DNA from: a virus
Lineage: Duplodnaviria; Caudoviricetes
DNA length: 64,000 nucleotides
Direction: 5' to 3' (one strand)
Virus record (IMG/VR): IMGVR_UViG_3300024493_000235
Span: 64,001 to 128,000 of that record
Shown here: one piece after another, positions 9,654-20,080 of the stretch
Layout: the number at the start of each line of letters is the position of its first letter
Numbering within the stretch: the first letter of the stretch is position 1
Notes under the pieces: generated by a model
Told to the model about the DNA's origin: nothing
Database searches by the model: none
The model's input: the letters and a program-made list of their open reading frames with translations, nothing else
Position numbers and translations under genes: made by a program

Positions 9654-11705
9654 TTGAAAGATATGGAGCTTACATGCACTAAATGTAACAAAACATTTTC
9701 ATTAACACGTAACGCATTTTTGAAACGGCAATACAGAGGTGTCGATACATCTCTATGTCAATGGTGTAGTAAAGCACACACAGAATTCAAAGATCATATA
9801 TATGTGCCAAAGTCAGAAAATCATATTTGCCAAAAATGCGGTAAATCCTTTACACTTACAAGAAGTGCATTTAATAAACGGAAATGCAAAAAACAAGATA
9901 CTACATTATGCAATCCGTGCAGAACAACTCAAACTACTTCTGATCGTCACGGATATGCATCTCCGCTTGCAAATCCTAATATATTACAGAAAACAAAAGA
10001 TACAATGCAAGAAAAATACGGTACAACATACGCACTACAGATTAAAGACGTTGAGGGTGTAGGATATCAAAAAGCTGTCACAACATTTCAAGCTAATTAT
10101 CACACTAATGCAGCAAATCCGTTAATGCATGCAGAAACACTTGAAAAAATAAAAGCAACAAATGTGGATAGATATGGAGATGCTAACCCATTGAATAATC
10201 CTGAAGTCAGAGCAAAGCAACAACAAACAATGATTAAACTATATGGAGGAAAACCCCAAGCAGAATCGGAAGAATGTAGAAAAAGAGCACTAGAAGTATT
10301 TCGAACAAGATACGGTCAAAATTGTTATTTGCAGTCTGCTCATTTCTCTGAGAAGATGGTACTAAAATTTGGAACAAGATACCCACAACTTACAACTCAT
10401 AGTAGTAGCAAAGAAGAAAGACATGTGTTCAGCAAAATTGAAGAACTCTTTTATCACGGTTTACTTAAAAATTCCAAATATACATTTATTTACAATGATC
10501 GAGAAAAATATAAAAACAGTGCTTTATTCACTTTCTCTTATGGTGATACCGATCATCCGTGGGACGGAATAGTGCTCAACGAAGATTATAGTATTGCACT
10601 CGTAATCGATTATGATGGTGAATATTATCATGGCGATTATCCTGACTATGATGGCGTACATTCTTCAGAAGAAAGGGATTCTATCAGAATGAAATGTGTT
10701 CCTAAAGATGCTAAGATACTTATCATCTATAAAGATACTCAGGATTACATTAAAGATATCGTTGACATACTTGGTATGGATTACGACGAATGGCTTAATA
10801 AGTTATACAACTATTGTTGTGGTATCGATTTTCCATTCTATCACAATTATTATTACGAAAAACAACTTTTACACAGTTGGAAAGCGCTTGCACTATTTAC
10901 TCCTGAGAAATGTGATAAAAAATCGTGGACAAAGCTCACCCAAGGACGCTCTACACTAGGTGGAAAACTTATTAATTATTTTCACCCGTCTATTTATAAA
11001 TGTCACACCAAAGGAAAAATATCACCATATGATGCATGGTATCATACCGATGAAAATGGTAATCGTGATTTACTTCGTAAATGTATTCGTAATAGAAGTA
11101 TTTATGCAAATTCGTATAAACCATATCGGATACTGCAAGGTTTTAACATTTCTGATATTGCACGAAAAATAACTACATTTTCAGCATCCAGAGCAAAAAT
11201 GTTACTCATAAAATATGCGCAAGAATTTGACCAAATCTTTGATCCTTTTATGGGATTTTCCGGTCGTCTTCTTGGAACTGTGGCTCTTAAAAAAGCATAC
11301 ATAGGAAACGACATAAATAAAACCATTATACAAGAAGCAAAAAATCTTATTAGATGGTTTGAAAGGCATAACATCGAAAATAGAGTTATTTTGACAAACA
11401 ATGATATACAATCGATCCCAAAAGAATATTCGATGCATAACGACGAATGCTTGTTTACGTGTCCTCCATACAAAGATACCGAAATTTGGTACGACGAAGT
11501 ATCAAAGCGAGAGATTAGATCTAATATGACAGCGGAGCAATGGGTTGAATTTTGTCTTGACACATTTAACTGTAAAAGGTATATATTCGTCGTCGATTCA
11601 CGATGTAACAAGTACAACAGCAATGTACAAGAAATATTTGTTAATAGAAGATCTGCAAAATACCATGTAAATCTTCATGAAAAAGTACTTGTTTTTGATA
11701 AATAA
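9654..11705 (+). CDS. Zn-ribbon + YG repeats + endonuclease-like domain + amino-type DNA methyltransferase (paralogue B)
   Basis: CxxC pairs; KYG/RYG repeats; IDYDGEYYHG; FDPFMGFSGRLLG; TCPPY. Confidence 0.75.
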   Translation: MKDMELTCTKCNKTFSLTRNAFLKRQYRGVDTSLCQWCSKAHTEFKDHIYVPKSENHICQKCGKSFTLTRSAFNKRKCKKQDTTLCNPCRTTQTTSDRHGYASPLANPNILQKTKDTMQEKYGTTYALQIKDVEGVGYQKAVTTFQANYHTNAANPLMHAETLEKIKATNVDRYGDANPLNNPEVRAKQQQTMIKLYGGKPQAESEECRKRALEVFRTRYGQNCYLQSAHFSEKMVLKFGTRYPQLTTHSSSKEERHVFSKIEELFYHGLLKNSKYTFIYNDREKYKNSALFTFSYGDTDHPWDGIVLNEDYSIALVIDYDGEYYHGDYPDYDGVHSSEERDSIRMKCVPKDAKILIIYKDTQDYIKDIVDILGMDYDEWLNKLYNYCCGIDFPFYHNYYYEKQLLHSWKALALFTPEKCDKKSWTKLTQGRSTLGGKLINYFHPSIYKCHTKGKISPYDAWYHTDENGNRDLLRKCIRNRSIYANSYKPYRILQGFNISDIARKITTFSASRAKMLLIKYAQEFDQIFDPFMGFSGRLLGTVALKKAYIGNDINKTIIQEAKNLIRWFERHNIENRVILTNNDIQSIPKEYSMHNDECLFTCPPYKDTEIWYDEVSKREIRSNMTAEQWVEFCLDTFNCKRYIFVVDSRCNKYNSNVQEIFVNRRSAKYHVNLHEKVLVFDK

Positions 11706-11745
11706 AACCGAGAGGCCATTTGGCCCCTCGGAGTTTTTCTTTTGA

Positions 11746-12801
11746 CTATTCGCCACCCGATGCTGGAGCAGGATTAAAGCCTGCGGCCATACCATTCTCG
11801 TAGAAACCGGCAGCGCTGTATTGCGTAGCGGCTCCTTGTTGCGGTTCGAGACCTGCAACATTCGGAGCTGTATCATCAGTGCTAGAAAGACGTTCATCAA
11901 CACCGTGCCATACCGAAACACCGAGGTCGAAATTAGAATAGTTGTCAGCATAGAAATTACTCTTTTCGAGTATTACTGCGGCTAAGCTGTTGACAGCGTT
12001 GTTTTCATGGAAGATACCAAAGAACGGAATATCCAGTTCCATCGGAGAATGCTCCCCTTGAGTATACTCGAAGTGACTGTTGGGAACTTGGTTCGGGAAT
12101 GCGCCAAACCATATACAGGCAAACTCGATAGAGTCTAATCCGTAAGCACCGCCTGAGTTATCAGTTAATGCATAAAGGATTATACCTGAATGGTTAATCG
12201 GTGAGAAGCGCAGATTACTTCCGTCGAAGGTCTTACCATGGTATGTACCATAGCCAGAACCTAGATCCGAAATACCGGTTACCCAATATTTTGAAATCTT
12301 ACGGAACATTCCGCCTTGCGTTTCTTGGAATTTGAGATTGAAGTTATTATTCCCTTTCTTGATGCCGGTTGGAACGCTGTAGCTTTCTGCGTTATTACCG
12401 TAAGTAATTTCGGCAGTCTGCAATTCGTAGTTTCCGATACCAGAGAGTCCCTTACACATACGCTCAATCATCCTCTGGCTTAAGCCCCTAATTGAAGGCT
12501 CAAAGAAGCGAGGCATGGAAAGAGCCCAGACACGTCCATAGCCGCCAATGAATGGCTCAATAAAAGGAAGAGTGTCCTGGGTGACGTTGGGAACGCCAAG
12601 GAATATGTTGTTGTTTGCAAAGTCGGGAATTACGTTTCTTGTGTTATCCCAACCGCGAGGGGGAGATCCGCCCCAGTCTATTATGGTTGTTGCGTCGGTG
12701 TAATCTCCAGGAGCCGGGAAGGTTACTTCGGAAGTTCTAAGTCGTCTATCCTCGGCATTACTGCCTTGAACGACAGTTTTTCCATCAAATGTTACAGCCA
12801 T
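11746..12801 (-). CDS. putative tail tube protein
   Basis: 351 aa directly downstream of the sheath gene; tube-like FQE..G, YWVTGI, GAFP pattern; raised GC as in highly expressed genes. Confidence 0.7.
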   Translation of the reverse strand: MAVTFDGKTVVQGSNAEDRRLRTSEVTFPAPGDYTDATTIIDWGGSPPRGWDNTRNVIPDFANNNIFLGVPNVTQDTLPFIEPFIGGYGRVWALSMPRFFEPSIRGLSQRMIERMCKGLSGIGNYELQTAEITYGNNAESYSVPTGIKKGNNNFNLKFQETQGGMFRKISKYWVTGISDLGSGYGTYHGKTFDGSNLRFSPINHSGIILYALTDNSGGAYGLDSIEFACIWFGAFPNQVPNSHFEYTQGEHSPMELDIPFFGIFHENNAVNSLAAVILEKSNFYADNYSNFDLGVSVWHGVDERLSSTDDTAPNVAGLEPQQGAATQYSAAGFYENGMAAGFNPAPASGGE

Positions 12802-12812
12802 GTGTTACCTCC

Positions 12813-14996
12813 TTACCGTGCTGCCACGACGTAGAAGTTCCACGTCTGTATGAAGTCCGTAAACTTCATTTCGATATACAAGGACGCAGCATTATCGTAT
12901 TTGTCCTGCAGCGTCTGCTCTGTTTTGATGGTCATCCTTTCAACCGGGCCGTTCATCTGGAGGTATGCAAGGTCACGTCCTACTTTCTCTTTAGCTTTCA
13001 CCATTGCGATTTCGGGTTTTTCCTCAAAGCGCAGGTCGGTAAGGATTTGCCTTCCCACCCATATCGCTTCACATACAGCATGGCAATTGCGGATAACAGC
13101 GAGATAACTAAGACGTTTAAGATACATTGTCCTAACGCTCATAATGGCGTATTGATTGAGGCGTACTTCTTCAACGTAGTTCATCTGCTCTTTTATGAGC
13201 TCGGTCTTCTGGTCTTCATCAGGATACCAAGAAAGGCTTGTCATGGTTTGTAAGATACCCTTTTCGGTTCCCGCCATCAATCGGTTCGGACCATAGTTCG
13301 CACGAAGCCAAGGAAGCTTAAATGCGATATCGTAGCAATACGTAACGTCAATGTTGCGTCTGTTGTACGCATCCCACGCAACGCCTGATTGCGGCCACAA
13401 TGAAGACTGCCAATCCTGAAGACCGTTAAGAACAGTCTTCTTGTAATTGATGGCGGCAGAACAGCTTGCGATGAATCCGCAGTCGATATATGCCATAACA
13501 TCCAATCTTTTGCGGCAGAAATAAATCATTTCTTTCTTAACAGCATCGACGTTTGCGGCATCAATTACGGCCGATATTTGATACTTATACGGAGAAAGTA
13601 TATTGGAATCTATTTCTCCCGCATAAGCTCTCCTGAAGAGCTCGTTTTTAACGGCGTCATAGGCTTCGTCGGCTTCTTTCTTACTTGCGTAATACTTAAG
13701 GTTGTCATTTACAGACGGATCTTTTGTTCCAACGACGTAGCGATCCCTATCGAGATCCCCATCATCTCCACCAACAAAAAAGTTATCACTTGCAGAAAGA
13801 TCCATATCGGGTTGTTTCTTGTTGTCAAAGAAAACAAGGTCTTCTTCGGCGGGGTTTATAAACCTTACGTACGGTTTTCCACTTCTGTCAGCAAGAGAAA
13901 TAAAATCGATAAACCTCGGATCCTGTGCTTCAGAGAGAATAAGAGTTCCAGTGGCATCTTTTACTTCGTCACAGTAAGGCTCGAATTGCCTTTGCAAACT
14001 TTCCCATGTATCATCGGATGTGAGAATTCCAATGTTGTCAATTTTCTTGATGTAATCCGTATCGGTGATTTTGGTGTCGATGAATTCAGAAACTGTCCCT
14101 GTGGAATCCACTGCGTCAGGATTAAACGCTACGGATATTGTGCTTCCTGTGGCGGCAAGAGCGATATTTCCTTTATCATCCTTTTCAAAGATGCTGTAGA
14201 AATACCGTCTGCCATCTTCGAGATCTTCTTCCCTTGTTTGATCGAGAGTTAAAGATACCGAATAGTTGTTTCCGAATTTACCGGATCCGCGGAGTTTGAA
14301 AATTGTAAGATAATTGTTTGTCCATCCGTTACCGGCATCGGAAGTTGTTCCGTTAAGGCGCGTTAAAAGCTGCTTTAACATAAGGGGTTCTGAAAGGCCT
14401 AATGTGGCCATATTCAAGAAGCTATCGGGAACACCGCAAATTGTCGGGGATATCTTGAGAGTCGGAATCTGAAGATTGACATCACCCAATTCTTGGAAGT
14501 TGTCTGTTAAATAAACAGAACCTGCTACAGCGCCTCCAGCGGGGACGACAGTAGTTTCCACTGTGCATTTGTATAATTTGCCGTTAAATGACCCGATTTG
14601 ATTTAATTTGAATTCTTCGCCTTCGCCTATAAGTCTGGCCGAAGCGCTCGTAAGAGTAACTGTCGAGGGTTTTGTGCGAATATTAAGAACTGCAAACGCA
14701 GGTTTAGCATTATCTGCAGTAACCCGCAACCCTAGTAACGTCCCACCACCTTTCAGCCATTGAATGCCGTTATAGATGTGCTGTCCATCCCTTGTGATAC
14801 GCGGGACACCAGAACGCCGGACATAATCCGTTTCGTTAAGGAACCTTCGTACTTTACCGTCCATCCCTTTCTGTGAGATATACGGCTGGAATAAGACAAA
14901 CCCTATAGGGGTAGTCGTCACTTCATCCACGATCGAATTATCGATAATCGCGGTAGTTACTCTGGAGTGTATATAATTATTAGAGACATCAATCAT
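12813..14996 (-). CDS. putative tail sheath protein
   Basis: 727 aa; GGTLLGLRVT, GGDDG, RLDVMAYID and sheath-type C-terminus; late promoter upstream. Confidence 0.8.
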   Translation of the reverse strand: MIDVSNNYIHSRVTTAIIDNSIVDEVTTTPIGFVLFQPYISQKGMDGKVRRFLNETDYVRRSGVPRITRDGQHIYNGIQWLKGGGTLLGLRVTADNAKPAFAVLNIRTKPSTVTLTSASARLIGEGEEFKLNQIGSFNGKLYKCTVETTVVPAGGAVAGSVYLTDNFQELGDVNLQIPTLKISPTICGVPDSFLNMATLGLSEPLMLKQLLTRLNGTTSDAGNGWTNNYLTIFKLRGSGKFGNNYSVSLTLDQTREEDLEDGRRYFYSIFEKDDKGNIALAATGSTISVAFNPDAVDSTGTVSEFIDTKITDTDYIKKIDNIGILTSDDTWESLQRQFEPYCDEVKDATGTLILSEAQDPRFIDFISLADRSGKPYVRFINPAEEDLVFFDNKKQPDMDLSASDNFFVGGDDGDLDRDRYVVGTKDPSVNDNLKYYASKKEADEAYDAVKNELFRRAYAGEIDSNILSPYKYQISAVIDAANVDAVKKEMIYFCRKRLDVMAYIDCGFIASCSAAINYKKTVLNGLQDWQSSLWPQSGVAWDAYNRRNIDVTYCYDIAFKLPWLRANYGPNRLMAGTEKGILQTMTSLSWYPDEDQKTELIKEQMNYVEEVRLNQYAIMSVRTMYLKRLSYLAVIRNCHAVCEAIWVGRQILTDLRFEEKPEIAMVKAKEKVGRDLAYLQMNGPVERMTIKTEQTLQDKYDNAASLYIEMKFTDFIQTWNFYVVAAR

Positions 14997-15084
14997 AGGT
15001 TATTTCCTCCTAGAGTGTTAGTAAACCTTTTAAAACCTTTCTCTCCGGCCGAACGACGGGGAGACAAGTTTTTCAAGGCTTGGT

Positions 15085-15096
15085 TATTAAAATGTT
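15085..15096 (-). promoter_or_regulatory. late promoter AACA-N6-TA
   Basis: AACAttttaaTA on the minus strand. Confidence 0.7.
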
Positions 15097-15193
15097 TTTT
15101 TAAGGCCTCAATTTCTGGGCATATTTTATAGAAGTTTGGGGCTAAAACATGGATTTAATGCCAAAATCCTGATAGTTCTATATTGATTTTGCG

Positions 15194-15203
15194 TATATAT
15201 AAT
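15194..15203 (+). promoter_or_regulatory. early-type promoter TATATATAAT
   Basis: Recurrent motif just upstream of an RBS. Confidence 0.7.
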
Positions 15204-15223
15204 ATAAATATAAGGAGTACCAA

Positions 15224-15418
15224 ATGAAGACTATGAGAAATATAGTTATCGGCTTTTGTCTTTTTATAACAAGCATTTTTGCTATATTAAAGACAACACA
15301 AATAACTAATTGGTCGTGGCTATGGATTCTAAGCCCTATTTGGATTCCTTTGTTGGCATTCACAGTTCTTTATATTATTTGTATGCTGCTCGCTCTATGT
15401 ATAGTAGACGAGATTTAA
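15224..15418 (+). CDS. small membrane protein
   Basis: NWSWLWILSPIW, two hydrophobic segments. Confidence 0.7.
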   Translation: MKTMRNIVIGFCLFITSIFAILKTTQITNWSWLWILSPIWIPLLAFTVLYIICMLLALCIVDEI

Positions 15419-15434
15419 TCAAAGGAGGATTATT

Positions 15435-15704
15435 ATGGCGGCACAATTTATAGGAATTCCTATAAAACGGTTGGGTCCGAAATGGACGTTTATAAGCTAT
15501 CTGTTTCAGAATACGCTTATAGTTATTGCGATAGGCATGTTTGCACCTAATGTATTTGGGCCATGGACACTTGATACAATCGTAAGGGCATGCTTTTTAA
15601 TCATTGCGGTAAGCGCAATAAAATCTGTCATGCAATTCGATTCAAACGAATTTAAAGCGAAAGCTAAAAAAGCAAATATGCAGGAGGAAAAGAAAGATGA
15701 ATGA
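15435..15704 (+). CDS. small membrane protein
   Basis: AGGAGG RBS; two hydrophobic segments. Confidence 0.7.
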   Translation: MAAQFIGIPIKRLGPKWTFISYLFQNTLIVIAIGMFAPNVFGPWTLDTIVRACFLIIAVSAIKSVMQFDSNEFKAKAKKANMQEEKKDE

Positions 15705-15954
15705 AAAGGCCAGCGGTGCTGCACGTGGAGGAATTGGATTCTGCGGGATTTTAACGGTGCTCTTTATTGCGTTAAAATTACTTGGAAAAATTGATTGGGG
15801 GTGGCCGTGTGTTTTATCACCATTATGGGCACCTACAGCCATTATACTCCTAATTTTACTTCTTATCGTTGTTATCGCGTTTCTTAAAGCTTTCATAATG
15901 GTTTACAATATAAAATTATACAAAAAGTTTCGCATAAAGCAGAAGACATCGTAA
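15697..15954 (+). CDS. small membrane protein, paralogue of 15224
   Basis: DWGWPCVLSPLW. Confidence 0.7.
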   Translation: MNEKASGAARGGIGFCGILTVLFIALKLLGKIDWGWPCVLSPLWAPTAIILLILLLIVVIAFLKAFIMVYNIKLYKKFRIKQKTS

Positions 15955-15982
15955 TGCTGTGGGATAAAGGGGAATTTTTGAA

Positions 15983-17428
15983 ATGAAAAGAATCTTAGCG
16001 GCGTTCATATGCATATTGTGTTCTTTTGCTATAATGTCTCACATCGTAGAGAACACAATATCCAGTTATATGGAGGTGCCGGAACTACAAAAATTGCAAG
16101 ATATGGTTCTCTTGCATACCAACAATAGTTTGTCTATAAATCATCCAGAGAAAAGACAAAGGAACCATTTTGAAGGATCTAAGTTCATGCGAGAATGTAT
16201 CGGAAACAAAAACGCAACGATACAAACTAACATGCAGCCTGATACGATAAAACACCACATCGAAAACGGGAACGAAGTTCTTATTGCAAAAGGTTATTCT
16301 AATTCTGTTTTACGTGTTTTTGCCTATGATGCATTTTCGCAATTATTTTCAGTAATGGCGGAAGATGATACGACATTTACAATCCGCGAAATCGATATCA
16401 CGTACTATGGACAAAGTATAACAGGTGTTGTAATCGGCAAAGAAGGAAAGAGTCATCATATGAAAATACGTGATGACCTTTTTAATTCTCTTTTTAACTA
16501 TGAAGGAGTGACGAAAGAAGAACCTATAAGGTTTTTAAGCGCTGATGCAAGTTTTTATAACTACAGCGAACAACAATGGTACGCGCAGTACGTACGTGAT
16601 ATAGCGTTTTCAATGAATGCTATTCCTATAATAAGGTACGAAGATTATGCGCGTTATGCCGAGTTTTGGAAAAAATACATCCCAGAGCATTTTGTATATG
16701 CCATGATTAACGCGTCTATAATACATGACGTTCCCATGGACTACATTTATGCTATAAGCCGAATAGAAAGTGTTAATTACAAACACTTCTCATCATTAGA
16801 AAAAAATAAAAATGGAACTATCGATTATGGTGTTATGGGCCTTAACTCCGCCAACTTCGATACATCCAAAAAACATGGAAGAGAGTTTCTACAGAAGTTC
16901 TACTATAATGACAATTATCACGGCGTTTTTGACAGTGAAAACCAGCTACACATTATTAAAGTGTGTGTAAAGTATCTTAAAGCTTTAACACGTGAAGTTG
17001 GTTCTTATTGGAATGCTGTTATTGCATACAATGGAGGATCTTCTAGGGTACTTAGCGGAAAGATTCTCTCTGCATCTTTAAGATACGCAGAGAAAGTGTG
17101 GGATATAAGAAGAACTGTAAAATCTTTTTCGACAGTCGTTCAGAACGCTACATGTAAGGCTTCGGCATTATATGAAGTATTTGTATATTACACTGATAAA
17201 GAAATTGCAGAGGCCTCAAAAAAGCACAAAGAAAAGGATACGAAAAAACAGATGTCCCTTAAAATGAATAGATCCAAAGTGTCACATCTTTTAACATACA
17301 CAGTCCGCGAAATGTACAAAGCATTAGTTTTACAATCTTTCGATAAAAAGAAGATTGTCGAAGTACATGAAGACGAAGGAGTATTCTTGGGTACTTTATC
17401 GGAGAATGGAAATTACATTATTATGTAA
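15983..17428 (+). CDS. secreted or anchored lytic transglycosylase (SLT domain)
   Basis: AISRIES, GTIDYGVMGLN, AVIAYNGG, YAEKV. Confidence 0.8.
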   Translation: MKRILAAFICILCSFAIMSHIVENTISSYMEVPELQKLQDMVLLHTNNSLSINHPEKRQRNHFEGSKFMRECIGNKNATIQTNMQPDTIKHHIENGNEVLIAKGYSNSVLRVFAYDAFSQLFSVMAEDDTTFTIREIDITYYGQSITGVVIGKEGKSHHMKIRDDLFNSLFNYEGVTKEEPIRFLSADASFYNYSEQQWYAQYVRDIAFSMNAIPIIRYEDYARYAEFWKKYIPEHFVYAMINASIIHDVPMDYIYAISRIESVNYKHFSSLEKNKNGTIDYGVMGLNSANFDTSKKHGREFLQKFYYNDNYHGVFDSENQLHIIKVCVKYLKALTREVGSYWNAVIAYNGGSSRVLSGKILSASLRYAEKVWDIRRTVKSFSTVVQNATCKASALYEVFVYYTDKEIAEASKKHKEKDTKKQMSLKMNRSKVSHLLTYTVREMYKALVLQSFDKKKIVEVHEDEGVFLGTLSENGNYIIM

Positions 17429-17479
17429 CTGTACTTTACTTCGATTTTGACTATATAATTTAAGTAGGAGGAAAGACGC

Positions 17480-17839
17480 ATGAAAAAGTTTATCATGCTC
17501 GCAGGATTTATTATCCTTGCGACGATTTTTGGTTTTAGTCTTGTTTCATGCTCCAGGGGTTTTCACAGGTGGCAAGCCAAACGAACTGGAGATATCGGCG
17601 AAGCATATAAAGTGCAAGATGCCGATAAAAGATTAGCCGATTTACACTGGTTTGAGGAACAGTACCAGGTAATACAATCAGCTAAAATCAAATACAATAA
17701 CGCTGTTCCCGAAGACAAATCTTCTTTAAGAAACATACTGAACGATTATATCGGGCAGTACAATTCGCGGATGCGGCAATATGACCGTGCTATGTGGGCA
17801 AATAGTGACTTGCCTGAAAGACTTGACATGGTCGAATGA
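17480..17839 (+). CDS. putative lipoprotein
   Basis: Signal peptide ending SLVS-C. Confidence 0.75.
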   Translation: MKKFIMLAGFIILATIFGFSLVSCSRGFHRWQAKRTGDIGEAYKVQDADKRLADLHWFEEQYQVIQSAKIKYNNAVPEDKSSLRNILNDYIGQYNSRMRQYDRAMWANSDLPERLDMVE

Positions 17840-17859
17840 TTTATATAGGAGGAAAAGAA

Positions 17860-18408
17860 ATGAGAAAATTAAAACTGAATCTTCAAACAATCTTTGCGTT
17901 CATCGCAGTAGTAGGAATTATTCTTGCTATTTTTGTGTCATCGTGCGACGCGCCGAAACCGAAGCCGAAATCTTCGACGGAAGTGTCGAATGAAAACAAT
18001 GAGGCAATTGCCTTAGCTGCACAGCTTGCATATCCCACCCCCATGGTTACAAACTTCAATGAGCGCAAAGTTCTCGATCAGTATATCCGTTACTTTGACA
18101 AGCCAGGTGTTATCACCTACGTTTACCTTTATAGTTTCGGCGTTTTCATCGATTACTTTATTTGCGGCGATAAACCCATATCCACTAGAAGTTACATGGA
18201 ACCGGAAGAAAGATATTATATGAACGGCGCCTTGATTCAAACTCCGTCCCTCGATGGCACTTGGGGACAGGATAACATTGGATGGATATTTAAGCGCGAT
18301 GATGGTACAATAGGCTCATGGCAGGGATCCGGTGCTAATTTATTATTCTTTACCGAAAAGCCCACTCCCGACCGACACGCCCGTCTTATAAGCGCTGGAG
18401 TAAAATAG
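17860..18408 (+). CDS. putative lipoprotein
   Basis: Start MRKL after AGGAGG; FVSS-C. Confidence 0.7.
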   Translation: MRKLKLNLQTIFAFIAVVGIILAIFVSSCDAPKPKPKSSTEVSNENNEAIALAAQLAYPTPMVTNFNERKVLDQYIRYFDKPGVITYVYLYSFGVFIDYFICGDKPISTRSYMEPEERYYMNGALIQTPSLDGTWGQDNIGWIFKRDDGTIGSWQGSGANLLFFTEKPTPDRHARLISAGVK

Positions 18409-18411
18409 CCT

Positions 18412-18771
18412 ATGAAATACTTAGGGCTTATACTCTTACTCGCTGTGCTTTGTATGCTCTTTTTCTCGTGTTACGATTACCGAACAGTAACCAACGATCC
18501 GACTAAAGCCGGATGGTTTAAGAACGGCGTCGGAGAATGGGAGTGGAACAGAGACCGCGACAGGAAAGAATGGATTAGAGGAGAAATGAAAATACAAACC
18601 TTCGAAATCGGAGATACAACGTACTCCTTTACTCCAGGCTCTGTCAAAGCAATGAAGTGGATTGCAAGCAGACGTGCCAGATTGCGAGCCACCGCCATAG
18701 AACTTGGGAAAAATCCCGATTTCTATATTGACAGAAATATCCAAGAAGGGGAGAGAAGGGGTCGGCCATGA
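18412..18771 (+). CDS. putative lipoprotein
   Basis: LFFS-C. Confidence 0.7.
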   Translation: MKYLGLILLLAVLCMLFFSCYDYRTVTNDPTKAGWFKNGVGEWEWNRDRDRKEWIRGEMKIQTFEIGDTTYSFTPGSVKAMKWIASRRARLRATAIELGKNPDFYIDRNIQEGERRGRP

Positions 18772-18929
18772 AAAAGAAATACAGAACGAAAGTCAAGATA
18801 CTTATTGCGATAGCAATAATTCTTGTAGTCGGCCTTATCGTATGGTTTACAGCCGACGAAATTCTTTGGTCTGGTCACACAGAAAGAGACATGTGGCCGC
18901 AGCCTCCGAGACTCCATCAAACCAAATGA
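18768..18929 (+). CDS. small membrane protein (53 aa, not in the ORF track)
   Basis: ATGA overlap; MKKKYRTKVKILIAIAIILVVGLIVW; ends before the terminator. Confidence 0.6.
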   Translation: MKKKYRTKVKILIAIAIILVVGLIVWFTADEILWSGHTERDMWPQPPRLHQTK

Positions 18930-18986
18930 TTACTATCCGGGGCCACAACGGCCCCGGATATTTTATTAATAGCGAAGGAGAAACCT

Positions 18987-19595
18987 ATGAAATTAGGAAA
19001 CAAAACAGTCCTACAAAACGTGCATATAGGGCTGTCACTTGATGTCGGAATCTTAATAAAATTCGACAGCAACAAACCTACTACCGATGTAGGAACAACG
19101 GCAAGAGTTCGCTGTAAACGTGTTGAGAATGTTCCATTTGAAATTCTCATTGACGAGATGGAAGTCCCCGATGTACTGCCTACATCAATAACAACTCCAA
19201 AAGATATACTCAGATACATGTTCAAGAAAGAAGACTTTACTGCCAGGATGATAAATACCGACAGTTATCTTGCTCTCATGGCTCATAGTACAAATAAAGA
19301 TGACCAAGATTTATTGCGAGAGATGTGCGAACTTCTGAAAGAAATGGCGGATTTAGTGGAGATAACAATCGGTCAGGGAAAAATACGGGGAAAAGAAGAG
19401 GAGTATCCTGAAAACAGGGATACCTGTATTATGTTATGCAAACCTACGTGGAACCAGAGCACAAAAGAATACACCAACAAATACTACAGCGAGCTGTCAG
19501 TATGCGTCACAGAAACCAAAATTACTTCATACGAATTCTCCGTCAAAAACCTGGAATACCAATATCCTGAAAAAGGAAATGATGTAAATCCGTAA
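18987..19595 (+). CDS. hypothetical protein
   Basis: AAGGAG RBS; 202 aa. Confidence 0.75.
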   Translation: MKLGNKTVLQNVHIGLSLDVGILIKFDSNKPTTDVGTTARVRCKRVENVPFEILIDEMEVPDVLPTSITTPKDILRYMFKKEDFTARMINTDSYLALMAHSTNKDDQDLLREMCELLKEMADLVEITIGQGKIRGKEEEYPENRDTCIMLCKPTWNQSTKEYTNKYYSELSVCVTETKITSYEFSVKNLEYQYPEKGNDVNP

Positions 19596-19684
19596 TAAAC
19601 TACCGTGGCCATCATTATGGCCACGGTATTTCCGTTTTTATTTGTATTTTAATTATATATCATATTAATATCAAGGAGATTAAT

Positions 19685-20047
19685 ATGACAACACAACTTA
19701 AAAAAATGACTCCAGAATTATTTTTAGATCTCTTTTCATATGCAAAGAATCATCAGGATTGTGAATCCTCTGCATTTCTCACAGATCTAAATCGGGTTAC
19801 GGAAAAGTTTCTATCTGCTCTTAGAAGTTTTTATCCTAATGTCGTTGATAATCCTTATCATCCGGATCGAAAAGCAATCATCGATGGTATTGAAGATTAT
19901 GTTATAACAGACATTGCTAATTGCATCAAAACTTATAATGCCGAAGGAAAAGATTTTACCGTAACGGATTTCCAAGCAATATGTGATGAATACGTAAGTG
20001 GAGCTAAAAATTTCGTTATCGAGATCCATAAAAAAACCGGAGAATAA
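19685..20047 (+). CDS. hypothetical protein
   Basis: TATATATCAT promoter at 19654 plus RBS. Confidence 0.75.
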   Translation: MTTQLKKMTPELFLDLFSYAKNHQDCESSAFLTDLNRVTEKFLSALRSFYPNVVDNPYHPDRKAIIDGIEDYVITDIANCIKTYNAEGKDFTVTDFQAICDEYVSGAKNFVIEIHKKTGE

Positions 20048-20080
20048 AATATCCTCAATGGCCAAATGGCCATTGAAGTA

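Noticed and set aside
12789-14252. Long antisense ORFs over the sheath, capsid and head genes
   Set aside because: Shadow ORFs from codon bias, with no RBS or promoter
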